Assembly: GCA_963704435.1 (NCBI GenBank)
Contig: OY969902.1
Location: 420,001 to 452,000 of the forward strand
Direction: 5' to 3'
DNA length: 32,000 bases
DNA from: an uncultured archaeon
Lineage (GTDB): Archaea > Micrarchaeota > Micrarchaeia > Micrarchaeales > CABMGC01
Shown piece by piece: positions 16,192 to 24,638 of this stretch (positions are counted from its first letter, which is position 1; the number at the start of each line of letters is the position of its first letter). Below the pieces are notes generated by a model. It had not been told where the DNA came from. It did not search any database and saw nothing but the letters and a program-made list of their open reading frames with translations. The position numbers were made by a program, and so were the translations under genes.

Positions 16192-16896
16192 CTAAGAGCC
16201 AAACCTTCTCTGCCTGTTGCTGTAGTCTTCGAGCGCTCCCTCAAGGTCGCGCTTGGTGAACTCCGGCCACAGCTTCTTGCTGAAGTGCAGTTCGGAGTAG
16301 ACCGCCTGCCACGGCATTAATCCAGACAGGCGCTCCTCTCCCGAAGTCCTTATCACGAGGTCTATGTCGGGCACGTCGCGCGACAGGAGATAGGTCCTGA
16401 ATAGCGTCTCATTAACTTCATTGGACCCCTTCCTCACTGCGGCGTCCACCATCTTCTTCGCGGCGTGGAGAAGGTCGGCCCTGCCGCCATAGGCGATGAG
16501 CATGTTTATCGCGCGGTTCTTGTAGGCGCCGGTCTCGATCTCTATCTTGTGGAGCGCGGACGCGAGGTCCCGGGGCAGCATGCTCCGGTCTCCAACGATC
16601 CTGAACCGCGTCCTGTTCTTGTGCAGCCTGGCCAGGATCTCCTTGTCGCGCGCCATCTTGCGGTAGATGTTGAACAGCGCGTCCCGCTCCTCCTTCGGCC
16701 TCTCGAAGTTCTCCGTGGAGAAGGCCCATACGATGATGTTCCTCACCCCGTATTCCTTGCACCAGTCCGAGAAGTCTATGAACTTCTTGACGCCCAGGCC
16801 GTAGCCCCTGACGAAGTTCAGGCTGTGCTTTCTCGCCCACCTCCTGTTGCCATCAGGTATCAGCGCGAGCACCTTGGGAACTTTCTCTATGCGCAT
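16192..16896 (-). CDS. uppS: cis-Prenyltransferase (undecaprenyl/dolichyl diphosphate synthase, UppS family)
   Basis: ALIPDGNRRWA near the N-terminus and VIRTSGEERLSGLMPWQAVYSELHF near the C-terminus. TATA-like tttaaat (minus) lies at about 16931-16940. Confidence 0.85.
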   Translation of the reverse strand: MRIEKVPKVLALIPDGNRRWARKHSLNFVRGYGLGVKKFIDFSDWCKEYGVRNIIVWAFSTENFERPKEERDALFNIYRKMARDKEILARLHKNRTRFRIVGDRSMLPRDLASALHKIEIETGAYKNRAINMLIAYGGRADLLHAAKKMVDAAVRKGSNEVNETLFRTYLLSRDVPDIDLVIRTSGEERLSGLMPWQAVYSELHFSKKLWPEFTKRDLEGALEDYSNRQRRFGS

Positions 16897-16968
16897 GCAA
16901 TCGCTGGTATATCCTTATTGCGCAATTCGATTTAAAGCTTTGCCTTGACGGAAGCCGCGCTGCGCGAA

Positions 16969-18681
16969 TTATCCCGCGCGCGTGCCGTTGCTGGCGTTTA
17001 CGTAATAGAGATCCGTCAGGGACGACTGCGCAGCGTCCACCTCCTGCTCGGGAATGCCGGTGGGGACTGGGGACAGGACAAGCCCCCAGCCGCAAGCGGA
17101 TGGCCAGCCGTCCATCGGAGCGGGATAGGCGGGATATCGCGGGAAAAGCACATATGACCCTGCCGGGATGTCGTGGCAGTCGGTAATGCCGTCGTAATCG
17201 TACATGAACCTGCTCAGGTTGTCGAAACCCATATAGACCGAGAGGTCCCCGTAACCGCTGTCGGCGTATATGCGCGTGGTGTTCGGCAGCGGATTGAGGT
17301 AGTTCGCCGCCTGGATCTCCGAGTACTGGCCTGCGACTGCGACGCCGTGCGAATATGCTATGGATGGAATCGCGGTGGCGGCAAGGAACAGCACGACAAG
17401 CGAGCAGGCGACGATCGCTGCACGGCGCAGCGCCTTCTTCGAACTCCTTACGACCGCGAAGAGCGCGGAGGCGATCAGTATCACAAGCGGATACGCCACG
17501 AGAGTGAGGTACCTGTCAAGCCTGTGCGACAGGATGTAGCTGAACGGATTGAGGCCCACGTGCTGCGGGCCGAATTCCAGATATGCGACTCCGACGATGA
17601 ACCAGAAAAGCAGGAAGTACGCCCTCTTGTCCCTCTTGAATGCGAGATACAGGGCGGCTAGGACGAAGGCGTAGAAATAGAATCCTACAGAATTCGTGTT
17701 CGCCCATATCTGCTGCAGGCCGACGCCGTGCCCCGAGACGCCGCTGTACAGCTTGCCCGCGATCCCGTAGGGGAACATCACCCCCGGATAGAACGCGAGC
17801 GTTATGCCGACGGGCATGGGCAGCAGGTCGGGCCTCCAGGTCTGGCCATAGTAGGCCACGTTCGACGTGAAGGTTATCAGGGGAGACCCGCAGTTGACAT
17901 AGTTGAACAGGAGCAGCAGCCCGATCGCCGCGACGAATCCGTAGATGAAGAACAGGGTCGTCCTGTTCACAGATATCTTCCTGCGGAGCAGCTCGACGAG
18001 GAGGAACAGGCCGACTACTATCCAGAGCACGAACCCCTCGGGTATCGTGAGAGGCGGCGCGACCAGCGCAGCCCCGGCTGCGAAGTACCATGCCTTCGAG
18101 TTCTTCTTCAGCGCCTTGATGAGCAGGAGGGCCGCCAGGCCGACGAAGAACATCATCGGTATGTTGTCGCTCATCGTCACGGCGTACATGGCGCCGAGGG
18201 GGAAGATTGCGAGGAGGAACGCGGCCAGCAGGCCCACGCGCTCGTCGTAGATCTCCTTCCCTATCAGGAACGCGAGCGCCACTGAGAGCGCGAACGTCGT
18301 TATGTCCCATGCTGCGCTCGTCAGTCTGCCGGCTCCGAAGAGCGCATAGAAGAAGCCTATCGGTATTATGTGAAGTATCCTTATCGAGAGTATGTCTCCC
18401 GTGTTCTGCACGAACGTGCCGCTAGCGGCATAATGGGCGAAGAAGGAGTAGGCGATGTCGTCACCCATATGGCTGGGCCCTATGACAAACAGCACGGAGT
18501 AGGCGATGGAGCACAGGACAATCAGCGCCAGTAGCGCGGGCACGACCCACTCCCGCTTGCGTTTTCTCCTAGCCAGGCAAACACCAAACTTAAGCTTATG
18601 GGATGGCACACTATAAATCTTTTGCAGTGCTGGCGCAGGAATTATTAACAGCGGGGTCGCATAGGTCTGTGATGAGGCCAT
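16969..18681 (-). CDS. GT-C fold membrane glycosyltransferase (ArnT/PMT-like, GT39/GT83-type)
   Basis: 570 aa with more than 10 TM segments, an acidic motif in the first loop (MGDDIAY) and a C-terminal soluble domain. The N-terminal boundary is uncertain because the track start overlaps the apt start. Confidence 0.6.
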   Translation of the reverse strand: MASSQTYATPLLIIPAPALQKIYSVPSHKLKFGVCLARRKRKREWVVPALLALIVLCSIAYSVLFVIGPSHMGDDIAYSFFAHYAASGTFVQNTGDILSIRILHIIPIGFFYALFGAGRLTSAAWDITTFALSVALAFLIGKEIYDERVGLLAAFLLAIFPLGAMYAVTMSDNIPMMFFVGLAALLLIKALKKNSKAWYFAAGAALVAPPLTIPEGFVLWIVVGLFLLVELLRRKISVNRTTLFFIYGFVAAIGLLLLFNYVNCGSPLITFTSNVAYYGQTWRPDLLPMPVGITLAFYPGVMFPYGIAGKLYSGVSGHGVGLQQIWANTNSVGFYFYAFVLAALYLAFKRDKRAYFLLFWFIVGVAYLEFGPQHVGLNPFSYILSHRLDRYLTLVAYPLVILIASALFAVVRSSKKALRRAAIVACSLVVLFLAATAIPSIAYSHGVAVAGQYSEIQAANYLNPLPNTTRIYADSGYGDLSVYMGFDNLSRFMYDYDGITDCHDIPAGSYVLFPRYPAYPAPMDGWPSACGWGLVLSPVPTGIPEQEVDAAQSSLTDLYYVNASNGTRAG

Positions 18682-19207
18682 GATGGACGCCGAGACTGTG
18701 CTGAAGGGGAAGATAATGGAATTGCCGGACTACCCGAAGAAAGGGGTCGTCTTCAGGGACATAACTCCGATGCTCAAGGACAGGGTAGCGTTCCGGCTCT
18801 GCGTGGACGAGCTGGCGAGGAGGCTTGACGCGGACGGCATAGACTACGTGGTGGGCATAGAGTCGCGCGGATTCATAGTGGGCGCGGCGCTCGCCTACGT
18901 TTTGGGAAAGGGGTTCGTGCCAATAAGGAAGAAGGGCAAGCTACCGCGCAGGACGGTCAGCATCGACTACGAGCTGGAGTACGGGAACGAGACGATCGAG
19001 GTGCACGAGGACTCCGTGGAGAAGGGGAGCCGGGTGCTTATAGCCGACGACCTGCTCGCGACCGGCGGAACGGCCGCCGCGGCCGCCGACCTGATGCGCA
19101 AGCTAGGGGCGGACGTGGTCGGCTTCGCGTTCCTCGTGGAACTCGGTTACCTAAAGGGAGCGGATAGGCTGAACGGCGCCAAGATGACGGCTCTGGTCAC
19201 CTACTGA
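18680..19207 (+). CDS. apt: Adenine phosphoribosyltransferase
   Basis: PDYPKKGVVFRDITPML and PRPP-binding loop VLIADDLLATGGTA. 175 aa. Confidence 0.9.
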   Translation: MMDAETVLKGKIMELPDYPKKGVVFRDITPMLKDRVAFRLCVDELARRLDADGIDYVVGIESRGFIVGAALAYVLGKGFVPIRKKGKLPRRTVSIDYELEYGNETIEVHEDSVEKGSRVLIADDLLATGGTAAAAADLMRKLGADVVGFAFLVELGYLKGADRLNGAKMTALVTY

Positions 19208-19246
19208 ACGGCCGTATTGCCGTCGAGCGTATCGCTCAGCGTAACG

Positions 19247-19254
19247 TATATAAA
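19247..19254 (+). promoter_or_regulatory. Candidate TATA box of the 23S rRNA promoter
   Basis: tatataaa lies about 180 nt upstream of the rRNA processing stem. It is the best TATA match in the apt-23S spacer. Confidence 0.3.
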
Positions 19255-19429
19255 CATGCTTAGCCATATTATCTGCTGGTGCTTTAATGCACGTGCCGAG
19301 CTTATAGAGGCCTTTTTGAGAGCAAGAGCTCTAATTTTTGCTTGATGAAATACTAAGTTAGGTTTAACTACCTACTAGGCCCGCTCGCCGTCTGCACCGA
19401 TGAGATTGCATTTCTGCAATTGATTTGAG

Positions 19430-19446
19430 GAGAAGCAAGCTTGTAA
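19430..19446 (+). repeat. 5' arm of the 23S rRNA processing stem
   Basis: gagaagcaagcttgtaa is the exact reverse complement of 22278-22294. Confidence 0.8.
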
Positions 19447-22277
19447 TTAATATAAGCCATCTGGGGGATGACTAGGCTCCGGTAGCGAAGAAGGTCGTGG
19501 CAAGCTGCGATAAGCCTGGGGTAGGTGCAAGTCAACCTTTGAACCCAGGATAACCGAATCGTGCACTATGAATAGTGGTGCATGCGCACGCGGGGAACTG
19601 AAGCATCTTAGTACCCGCAGGAAAAGAAATCGAATGAGATGTCGTTAGTAACGGCGAGTGAAAGCGACACAGGGCAAGCCGAATCGCGCTGTGCAAACGG
19701 CGCGGGATGTGGTGCAGGCGCTTAGCGCGCGCACGAGCCGAACGCTCTGGAAAGAGCGGCCATAGAGAGTGACAGCCTCGTAGGCGTAGTGCGTGCGGTA
19801 TTGCCTGTAAGAGAGTAGCGCAGCCTTAGTACGTTGCGTGAACATGGGGGCATTAGACTCCAACCCTAAATATTGACCGGAGACCGATAGCGAATAAGTA
19901 GCACGAGCGAACGTTGAAAAGAACCCACACGAGTGGGTCGTGAAATAGATCTGAAACCAGGTGGTTACAAGAAGATGCGGCATGAGCGTTAAAGCGCACG
20001 AAGTGAAAGCGCGAGAGCGCCGAACGATATGCGTGAGCAGTGTCGCATCCTTCTTCTTGAAGCAAGAGCCAGGGAGTGTATGGCAGTGGCAAGCGTATAG
20101 CGTAGCGAAAGCGAGTGTGCTTGTGCACAGGGTGCGAAAGCGCCTAAGTCACTGTCTTACGACCCGAAGCCATTGTGAACTACTCGCGGGCAGGGCGAAG
20201 TTGAGTTGACGCTCGATGGAGGCCCGCAACCTGTCATGGTGTATCCTGTTGGGTGACCTGCGAGTAGGGGCGATAGACCATTCGAACATGGCAATAACGG
20301 GTCCCCTTCGAAGTATCTTTAGGATAGCCCGGGGCCAGCTCGCACATGCGGTAGAGCGACCGATTTTCTGGTTGGAGCCGAAAGGCTTCGCCTTAGAGTC
20401 AAACTCCGAATGCATGTGCTGCGTATAACCCCGGAGTCGGCGTGTGTTGGGTAAGCTAGCACCGCGAGACTTAAACGAGAGTGACTGAGGTTAAGGTCCC
20501 TAAATCCTAGTTAAGTGTGTTGAAGGAGGGTTCTGTCTTAGACAGTCGGGAGGTAGGCTTAGAAGCAGCCACCCTTTAAAAAACGCGTAACAGCGTACCG
20601 ATTGAGACAGGACTCTCTGAAGATGGACGGGGCTAAACTAGGTACCGAGACCCCAGCGTGCGAAAGCATGGGTAGAGGGGCGTGCTGCGCGGCAAGAAGT
20701 ACGGGCCTGAGCCCGCATGGACTGCGCAGCAGTGAAAATCCTGGTGTTAGTAATAGCAAATACGGGAAAGAATCCCGTACGCCGGAAGCACACGGTTTTC
20801 CCCGAAATGATCGTCAGCGGGGAGTTAGCCGATCCTAAGGGGGGAGCCAATCACTACCCTCCAAAAGGGAAGCATGTTAAAATTCATGCGCCTAGCGCGT
20901 AGGCGTGGCAACACAAGGCGTATTTCTGAAGCTTGGGGATAGGTCTTCATCAAGTGCAAAGGGCTGTGGAGTCTCATTATGAGGAGAAACAGCCAAATGA
21001 ACTCTGACCAAATTCCTGAGCCCGTGAAAAGGGAATACGCATCGATCGCGTTAGTTCGTACCTAGAACCAGTACAGGTGCTGCTGGCTGAAAAGGCCAAG
21101 GCGTGCCAAGGTTAAATCAGGTTAGGGAAATCGGCAAGTTAGTGGCGTAAGTTTTCGATAAGCCATGTCTGTGCTTAGTAAGCGCAGATTGCAATAACTC
21201 GGGGGGGACAACTGTTTCTTTAAAACACAACTCACCGCAAAGCCGTAAGGCTTAGTACAGTGGGTGACGCCTGCTCACCGCTAGTACGCGAAACCCCGTT
21301 TCAACGGGACTAAGCGCTAGCAAAGAGCGGGGGTAACTCTGACCCTCTTAAGGTAGCGTAATACCTCGTCGCTTAATAGGCGACTTGCATGAAGGGCGTA
21401 ATGATCCCCCCACTGTCCCAATCTGGTGCTTGGTGAACTCACTACGCGGTGAACATGCCGCGTACTTTCAGTGGGAAATGAAGTCTCCATGAAGCTTGAC
21501 TATAGCCTGTTGTTGTTGTGTGGCGGACGCTGCAGAGCGTAAGTGGGAGCGTCGAAGCGCGGGTCTCGGCTCGCGTGGAGCGACAATGTAACACCACTCT
21601 TCGCCCGCTACGCGACTAACTGGATGCAGGACAGCTGCAGGTGGATAGTTAGACTGGGCGGTTGCTTTCGATAAGGAAACGAAAGTGACCAATGCTCTGC
21701 TTAGGTGAGTTGGAAACTCACCGTTAAGCTAAAAGGCAAATGCAGGGCTGACTGCGCGTCGAAAAGCGGGACGCGCAGACTGGAAACAGGGGCTTACCGA
21801 GCGTTGGTAGCTCTTTTAATGGGGCTCCAACCTGTCAGAAAAGTTACTCTGGAGGTAACCGGTTCGTGGCTGGTGAGAGTTCACATCGACCCAGCCGTTT
21901 GATACACCGATATGGACTTATGTCATCCTGGTAGTGCAAAAGCCACCAAGGGCCGGGCTGCTCGCCCGTTAAAGACATACATGAGTTGAGTTAAGTCCGC
22001 CGCGAGGCAGGACGGTAAAATCTACTGGAAGTGTTAGTGTCAGAGGATAAGGTGCTCCTAGTACGAGAGGAATGTAGCACCGGCGCCTCTAGTTTACCGG
22101 TTGTGCAGAGCATTGCCGGGTAGCCACGCGCTAAGGGATAAGTCCTGAAAGCATCTAAGGACGAAGCCCAATCCGAAACGAGACACTATGGCGGTCGTAT
22201 TACACGACTTCGATAGGGTGGGCGTGTAAGCAGAAAGCGCAAGCGATCTGCGAGCGCACCACTACTAAAGCCTAATG
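19447..22277 (+). rRNA. rrl: 23S (LSU) ribosomal RNA, about 2.83 kb; ends approximate (+/- 30 nt)
   Basis: 5' region gaagaaggtcgtggcaagctgcgataagcc. GTPase centre ggcttagaagcagccac. cttaaggtagcg. PTC region tcacatcgac. Sarcin-ricin loop agtacgagagga. 3' region ctgaaagcatctaag. It lies between the two arms of a 17-bp stem. Confidence 0.93.
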
Positions 22278-22294
22278 TTACAAGCTTGCTTCTC
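22278..22294 (+). repeat. 3' arm of the 23S rRNA processing stem
   Basis: ttacaagcttgcttctc is the exact reverse complement of 19430-19446. Confidence 0.8.
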
Positions 22295-22313
22295 TTTCTT
22301 TTTTGTTTGTTTC
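22295..22313 (+). terminator. Pyrimidine/oligo-T tract, likely rRNA transcription terminator
   Basis: tttcttttttgtttgtttc lies immediately after the processing stem. Archaeal terminators are oligo-T runs. Confidence 0.35.
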
Positions 22314-22344
22314 CTAAGTCATAGCTGAGCGCGTCTCATCTAGA

Positions 22345-22731
22345 CTAACATTCAATCACAGAGATGTCCAATTTTCTTGCGGTTCTAGCCTGAAATCTGT
22401 CGGACGTCACAAATTCGTATCCGTTCACCAAGGCTACCGCCAAGAACAAGGCATCGTAAAACGCAATCTTCTCCTTTACTGAAATCTGCAGGGCCCTGAC
22501 TATGCATTCCTTATGATTCACCAGTGTCGCGGCTGACTGATAGAGGGTCAATATCTCCTCGGCATATTTTAGCTCAATCTCCCTCTTGTTTATCTTTTTC
22601 CACAGGGCGTTTCCGAGCTCTTCGATTGCCAGGGAGAGGGTAACTGAACCAAGCAGATACTCCCCTGCCCTCTCCCATCCTGGCTCTTTCGAAAAATATT
22701 TTACGATTGAAGAAGAATCAATGAGTCGCAT
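22345..22731 (-). CDS. vapC: PIN-domain toxin VapC
   Basis: 128 aa. MRLIDSS (first acidic residue), EEL, FYDALF and TSD conserved acidic positions. It overlaps the upstream antitoxin ORF by 14 nt. Confidence 0.8.
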   Translation of the reverse strand: MRLIDSSSIVKYFSKEPGWERAGEYLLGSVTLSLAIEELGNALWKKINKREIELKYAEEILTLYQSAATLVNHKECIVRALQISVKEKIAFYDALFLAVALVNGYEFVTSDRFQARTARKLDISVIEC

Positions 22732-22951
22732 ATCTATCCTCCCTTACGGAGTCCGCTGCGAACCCCTTTTTGGAAGGAGTTACCCTCTTTTCAACTATCT
22801 CTCTCAATCTAAGCATGGCCTCTCTAGACATCTCCGCTTTTGCGAGATTCTCCAGATATCTGCCCACTAATTTTGATAGATTTGCCCTTCTTCGAGATAA
22901 CGCCTTTTTTACATCCTTGTTAACCCTGACGCTTATTACTTCGGTCTTCAT
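22718..22951 (-). CDS. vapB: VapB-type antitoxin (ribbon-helix-helix-like), 77 aa from the internal ATG
   Basis: MKTEVISVRVNKDVKKALSRR is an RHH/CopG-like N-terminus. I prefer the ATG at 22951 over the track start at 23023, because a TATA box (tttataaa on minus, plus 22980-22987) lies about 30-36 nt upstream of it. Confidence 0.65.
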   Translation of the reverse strand: MKTEVISVRVNKDVKKALSRRRANLSKLVGRYLENLAKAEMSREAMLRLREIVEKRVTPSKKGFAADSVREDRYATH

Positions 22952-22979
22952 AGCTATCACATAACTTTGCGCAAGAACG

Positions 22980-22988
22980 TTTATAAAC
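22980..22988 (-). promoter_or_regulatory. TATA box of the vapBC promoter
   Basis: The minus strand reads gtttataaa, about 30-36 nt upstream of the vapB ATG at 22951. Confidence 0.35.
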
Positions 22989-23145
22989 TTAAGTATACAT
23001 CTGTAAACATTTGCGGCATTCAAGCGAACAGCTGCAGAACAATCCTATCAGGCTTCTTCTCTTCCTTTTTTGTTTTTTAAAGGCTTAGCGGAAGCCATGC
23101 CCGGAAAACCTTATAAGTATTAAAAAGTCTTGTCTAAGGGATTGA

Positions 23146-24444
23146 ATGAGGAAGGGCCAGCTCAAAGAGGGCAGGAAGGTCTCCCTTTACGGCTACTGGG
23201 AGGACATACGCGACCTCGGAGGGATAAAGTTCCTTATATTCCGGGACAACGAAGGGAAACTGCAGGTCACGCTTAACAGGAACATCATAGGGGAGAAGCT
23301 TGTCGATCAGATACTCTCGACCCCGCGCGAATCCGTGATAAAGATAGTTGGCACGGCCAAGGCGGAGCCTAGGGCGCCCAGGGGCATGGAGATTGTTCCG
23401 ATAAAGTACGAGGTCATATCCGAGGCGGAGAAGAACCTGCCCATAGACGTGAACAAGAAGAACGTCAGCAGCTTCGACCTCCGGCTGGACTGGCGCTTCC
23501 TGGACCTCAGGACCCACAAGAGCAAGCTGATATTCCTGATCTCGTCGGATTTCGAGAGGTGGCTCAGGGACTACTTCTACAGGAAGGGAGTTATCGAGGT
23601 GCACACGCCGAAGCTGATGGGGGCCCCGTCCGAGTCGGGCGCCGAGATGTTCAGGGTGGAATATTTCAACAAGGTCGCATATCTCGCGCAGTCGCCGCAG
23701 TTCTACAAGCAGATGGCCATATGCGCTGGCTTCGAGAAGGTCTTCGAGATAGGGCCTGTGTTCAGGGCCGAGCCATCGTTCACTGCGAGGCACGTCACGG
23801 AGTTCACGTCGGTCGACATGGAGATGGCGCACATAAAATCGGTAAAGGACGTGATGCGCTTCCAGGAGAAATGGCTTGCATACGCGCTTTCGAAAGTGAA
23901 GAGCAAGTGGGGCGACACCATAAAGAAGGAGTTCGGCGTCGAGGTCACAGTGCCGAAGCTGCCCTTCCCCCGGATCACCATGGCCGAGGCGCATGAGATA
24001 CTGGGCGCGAGCGGGAAGAAGTACACCGAAAACGAGGACATCTCGAACGCGGACGAGGCGCTGGTGTCCGAGTACGTGAAGAACAAGTTCGGGCACGATT
24101 TCGTGTTCGTCACGGACTACCCCTGGGCGGTGAGGCCTTTCTACCACATGAGGAAGAAAGGCAACAAGAACGTTACGCTGAGCTACGACCTGCTGTACAA
24201 GGGACTTGAGATAACGACAGGATCGCAGAGGGAGCACAGGCACCGCATCCTGGTGGAGCAGGCGAAGGAGAAGGGCCTTGATACCGAAAAGCTTGAGTTC
24301 TACCTCAACTTCTTCAGGTACGGGGCGCCTCCGCACGGGGGGCTCGGCCTGGGGCTTGCGAGAACGGTCAGGCAGATGCTCGGCATGGAGAGCGTCCAGG
24401 AAGTGACGCTTGTACCGAGAGATCCAAACCGGCTATACCCCTGA
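23146..24444 (+). CDS. aspS: Aspartyl-tRNA synthetase, archaeal type (probably non-discriminating)
   Basis: 432 aa. N-terminal OB domain (GYWEDIRDLGGIKFLIFRDNEGKLQV). Class II motifs FRAE, GLEITTGSQREH and PPHGGLGLGLAR. Confidence 0.9.
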   Translation: MRKGQLKEGRKVSLYGYWEDIRDLGGIKFLIFRDNEGKLQVTLNRNIIGEKLVDQILSTPRESVIKIVGTAKAEPRAPRGMEIVPIKYEVISEAEKNLPIDVNKKNVSSFDLRLDWRFLDLRTHKSKLIFLISSDFERWLRDYFYRKGVIEVHTPKLMGAPSESGAEMFRVEYFNKVAYLAQSPQFYKQMAICAGFEKVFEIGPVFRAEPSFTARHVTEFTSVDMEMAHIKSVKDVMRFQEKWLAYALSKVKSKWGDTIKKEFGVEVTVPKLPFPRITMAEAHEILGASGKKYTENEDISNADEALVSEYVKNKFGHDFVFVTDYPWAVRPFYHMRKKGNKNVTLSYDLLYKGLEITTGSQREHRHRILVEQAKEKGLDTEKLEFYLNFFRYGAPPHGGLGLGLARTVRQMLGMESVQEVTLVPRDPNRLYP

Positions 24445-24558
24445 CGGGGTCAGCCTCCTCTCAGGCGAGGCCCTCAATTTCCTGATTGCCTCTCCGAACT
24501 CTTCCTCCTCTGCAGCCTCTTCGATGCTAACCTCAGCTAGCTCAGGCTTAGCTTTCAT
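24433..24558 (-). CDS. Candidate small acidic protein (41 aa), below the ORF-track cutoff
   Basis: Sequence MKAKPELAEVSIEEAAEEEEFGEAIRKLRASPERRLTPSGV. ggag lies 8-11 nt upstream of the ATG. TATA-like tttaaat (minus, plus 24593-24599) lies about 35-41 nt upstream. Codon usage is host-like. Confidence 0.3.
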   Translation of the reverse strand: MKAKPELAEVSIEEAAEEEEFGEAIRKLRASPERRLTPSGV

Positions 24559-24638
24559 ATGTCCACTCCTGGTTTTATTCAGTGGATGGAGGATTTAAAG
24601 GTATCTCCGAAAGTTGTCCGGGGTAGCCGACGGGTTCA

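Noticed and set aside
19340-19430. C/D-box sRNA in the 23S leader (tgatga at about 19344 and gatgag at about 19401)
   Set aside because: There are no properly spaced CTGA D/D' boxes and no terminal stem. The small hairpin attgca-tttc-tgcaat (19405-19420) is more likely part of the pre-rRNA leader.
19645-21902. Track ORFs inside the 23S rRNA (for example 19645-19983, 19853-20128, 20149-20415, 21468-21692)
   Set aside because: They lie within a confidently recognised rRNA gene. They show no coding signal and no homing-endonuclease-like sequence or intron-sized insertion.
23134-24336. 400-aa minus-strand ORF antisense to aspS, and similar long shadow ORFs (53-679, 5937-6428, 12337-13017, 12605-13228, 17516-18310, 30541-31602)
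   Set aside because: These are Arg/Leu/Pro/Val-rich translations typical of antisense frames of G+C-rich genes. Each is fully covered by a recognisable gene on the other strand.
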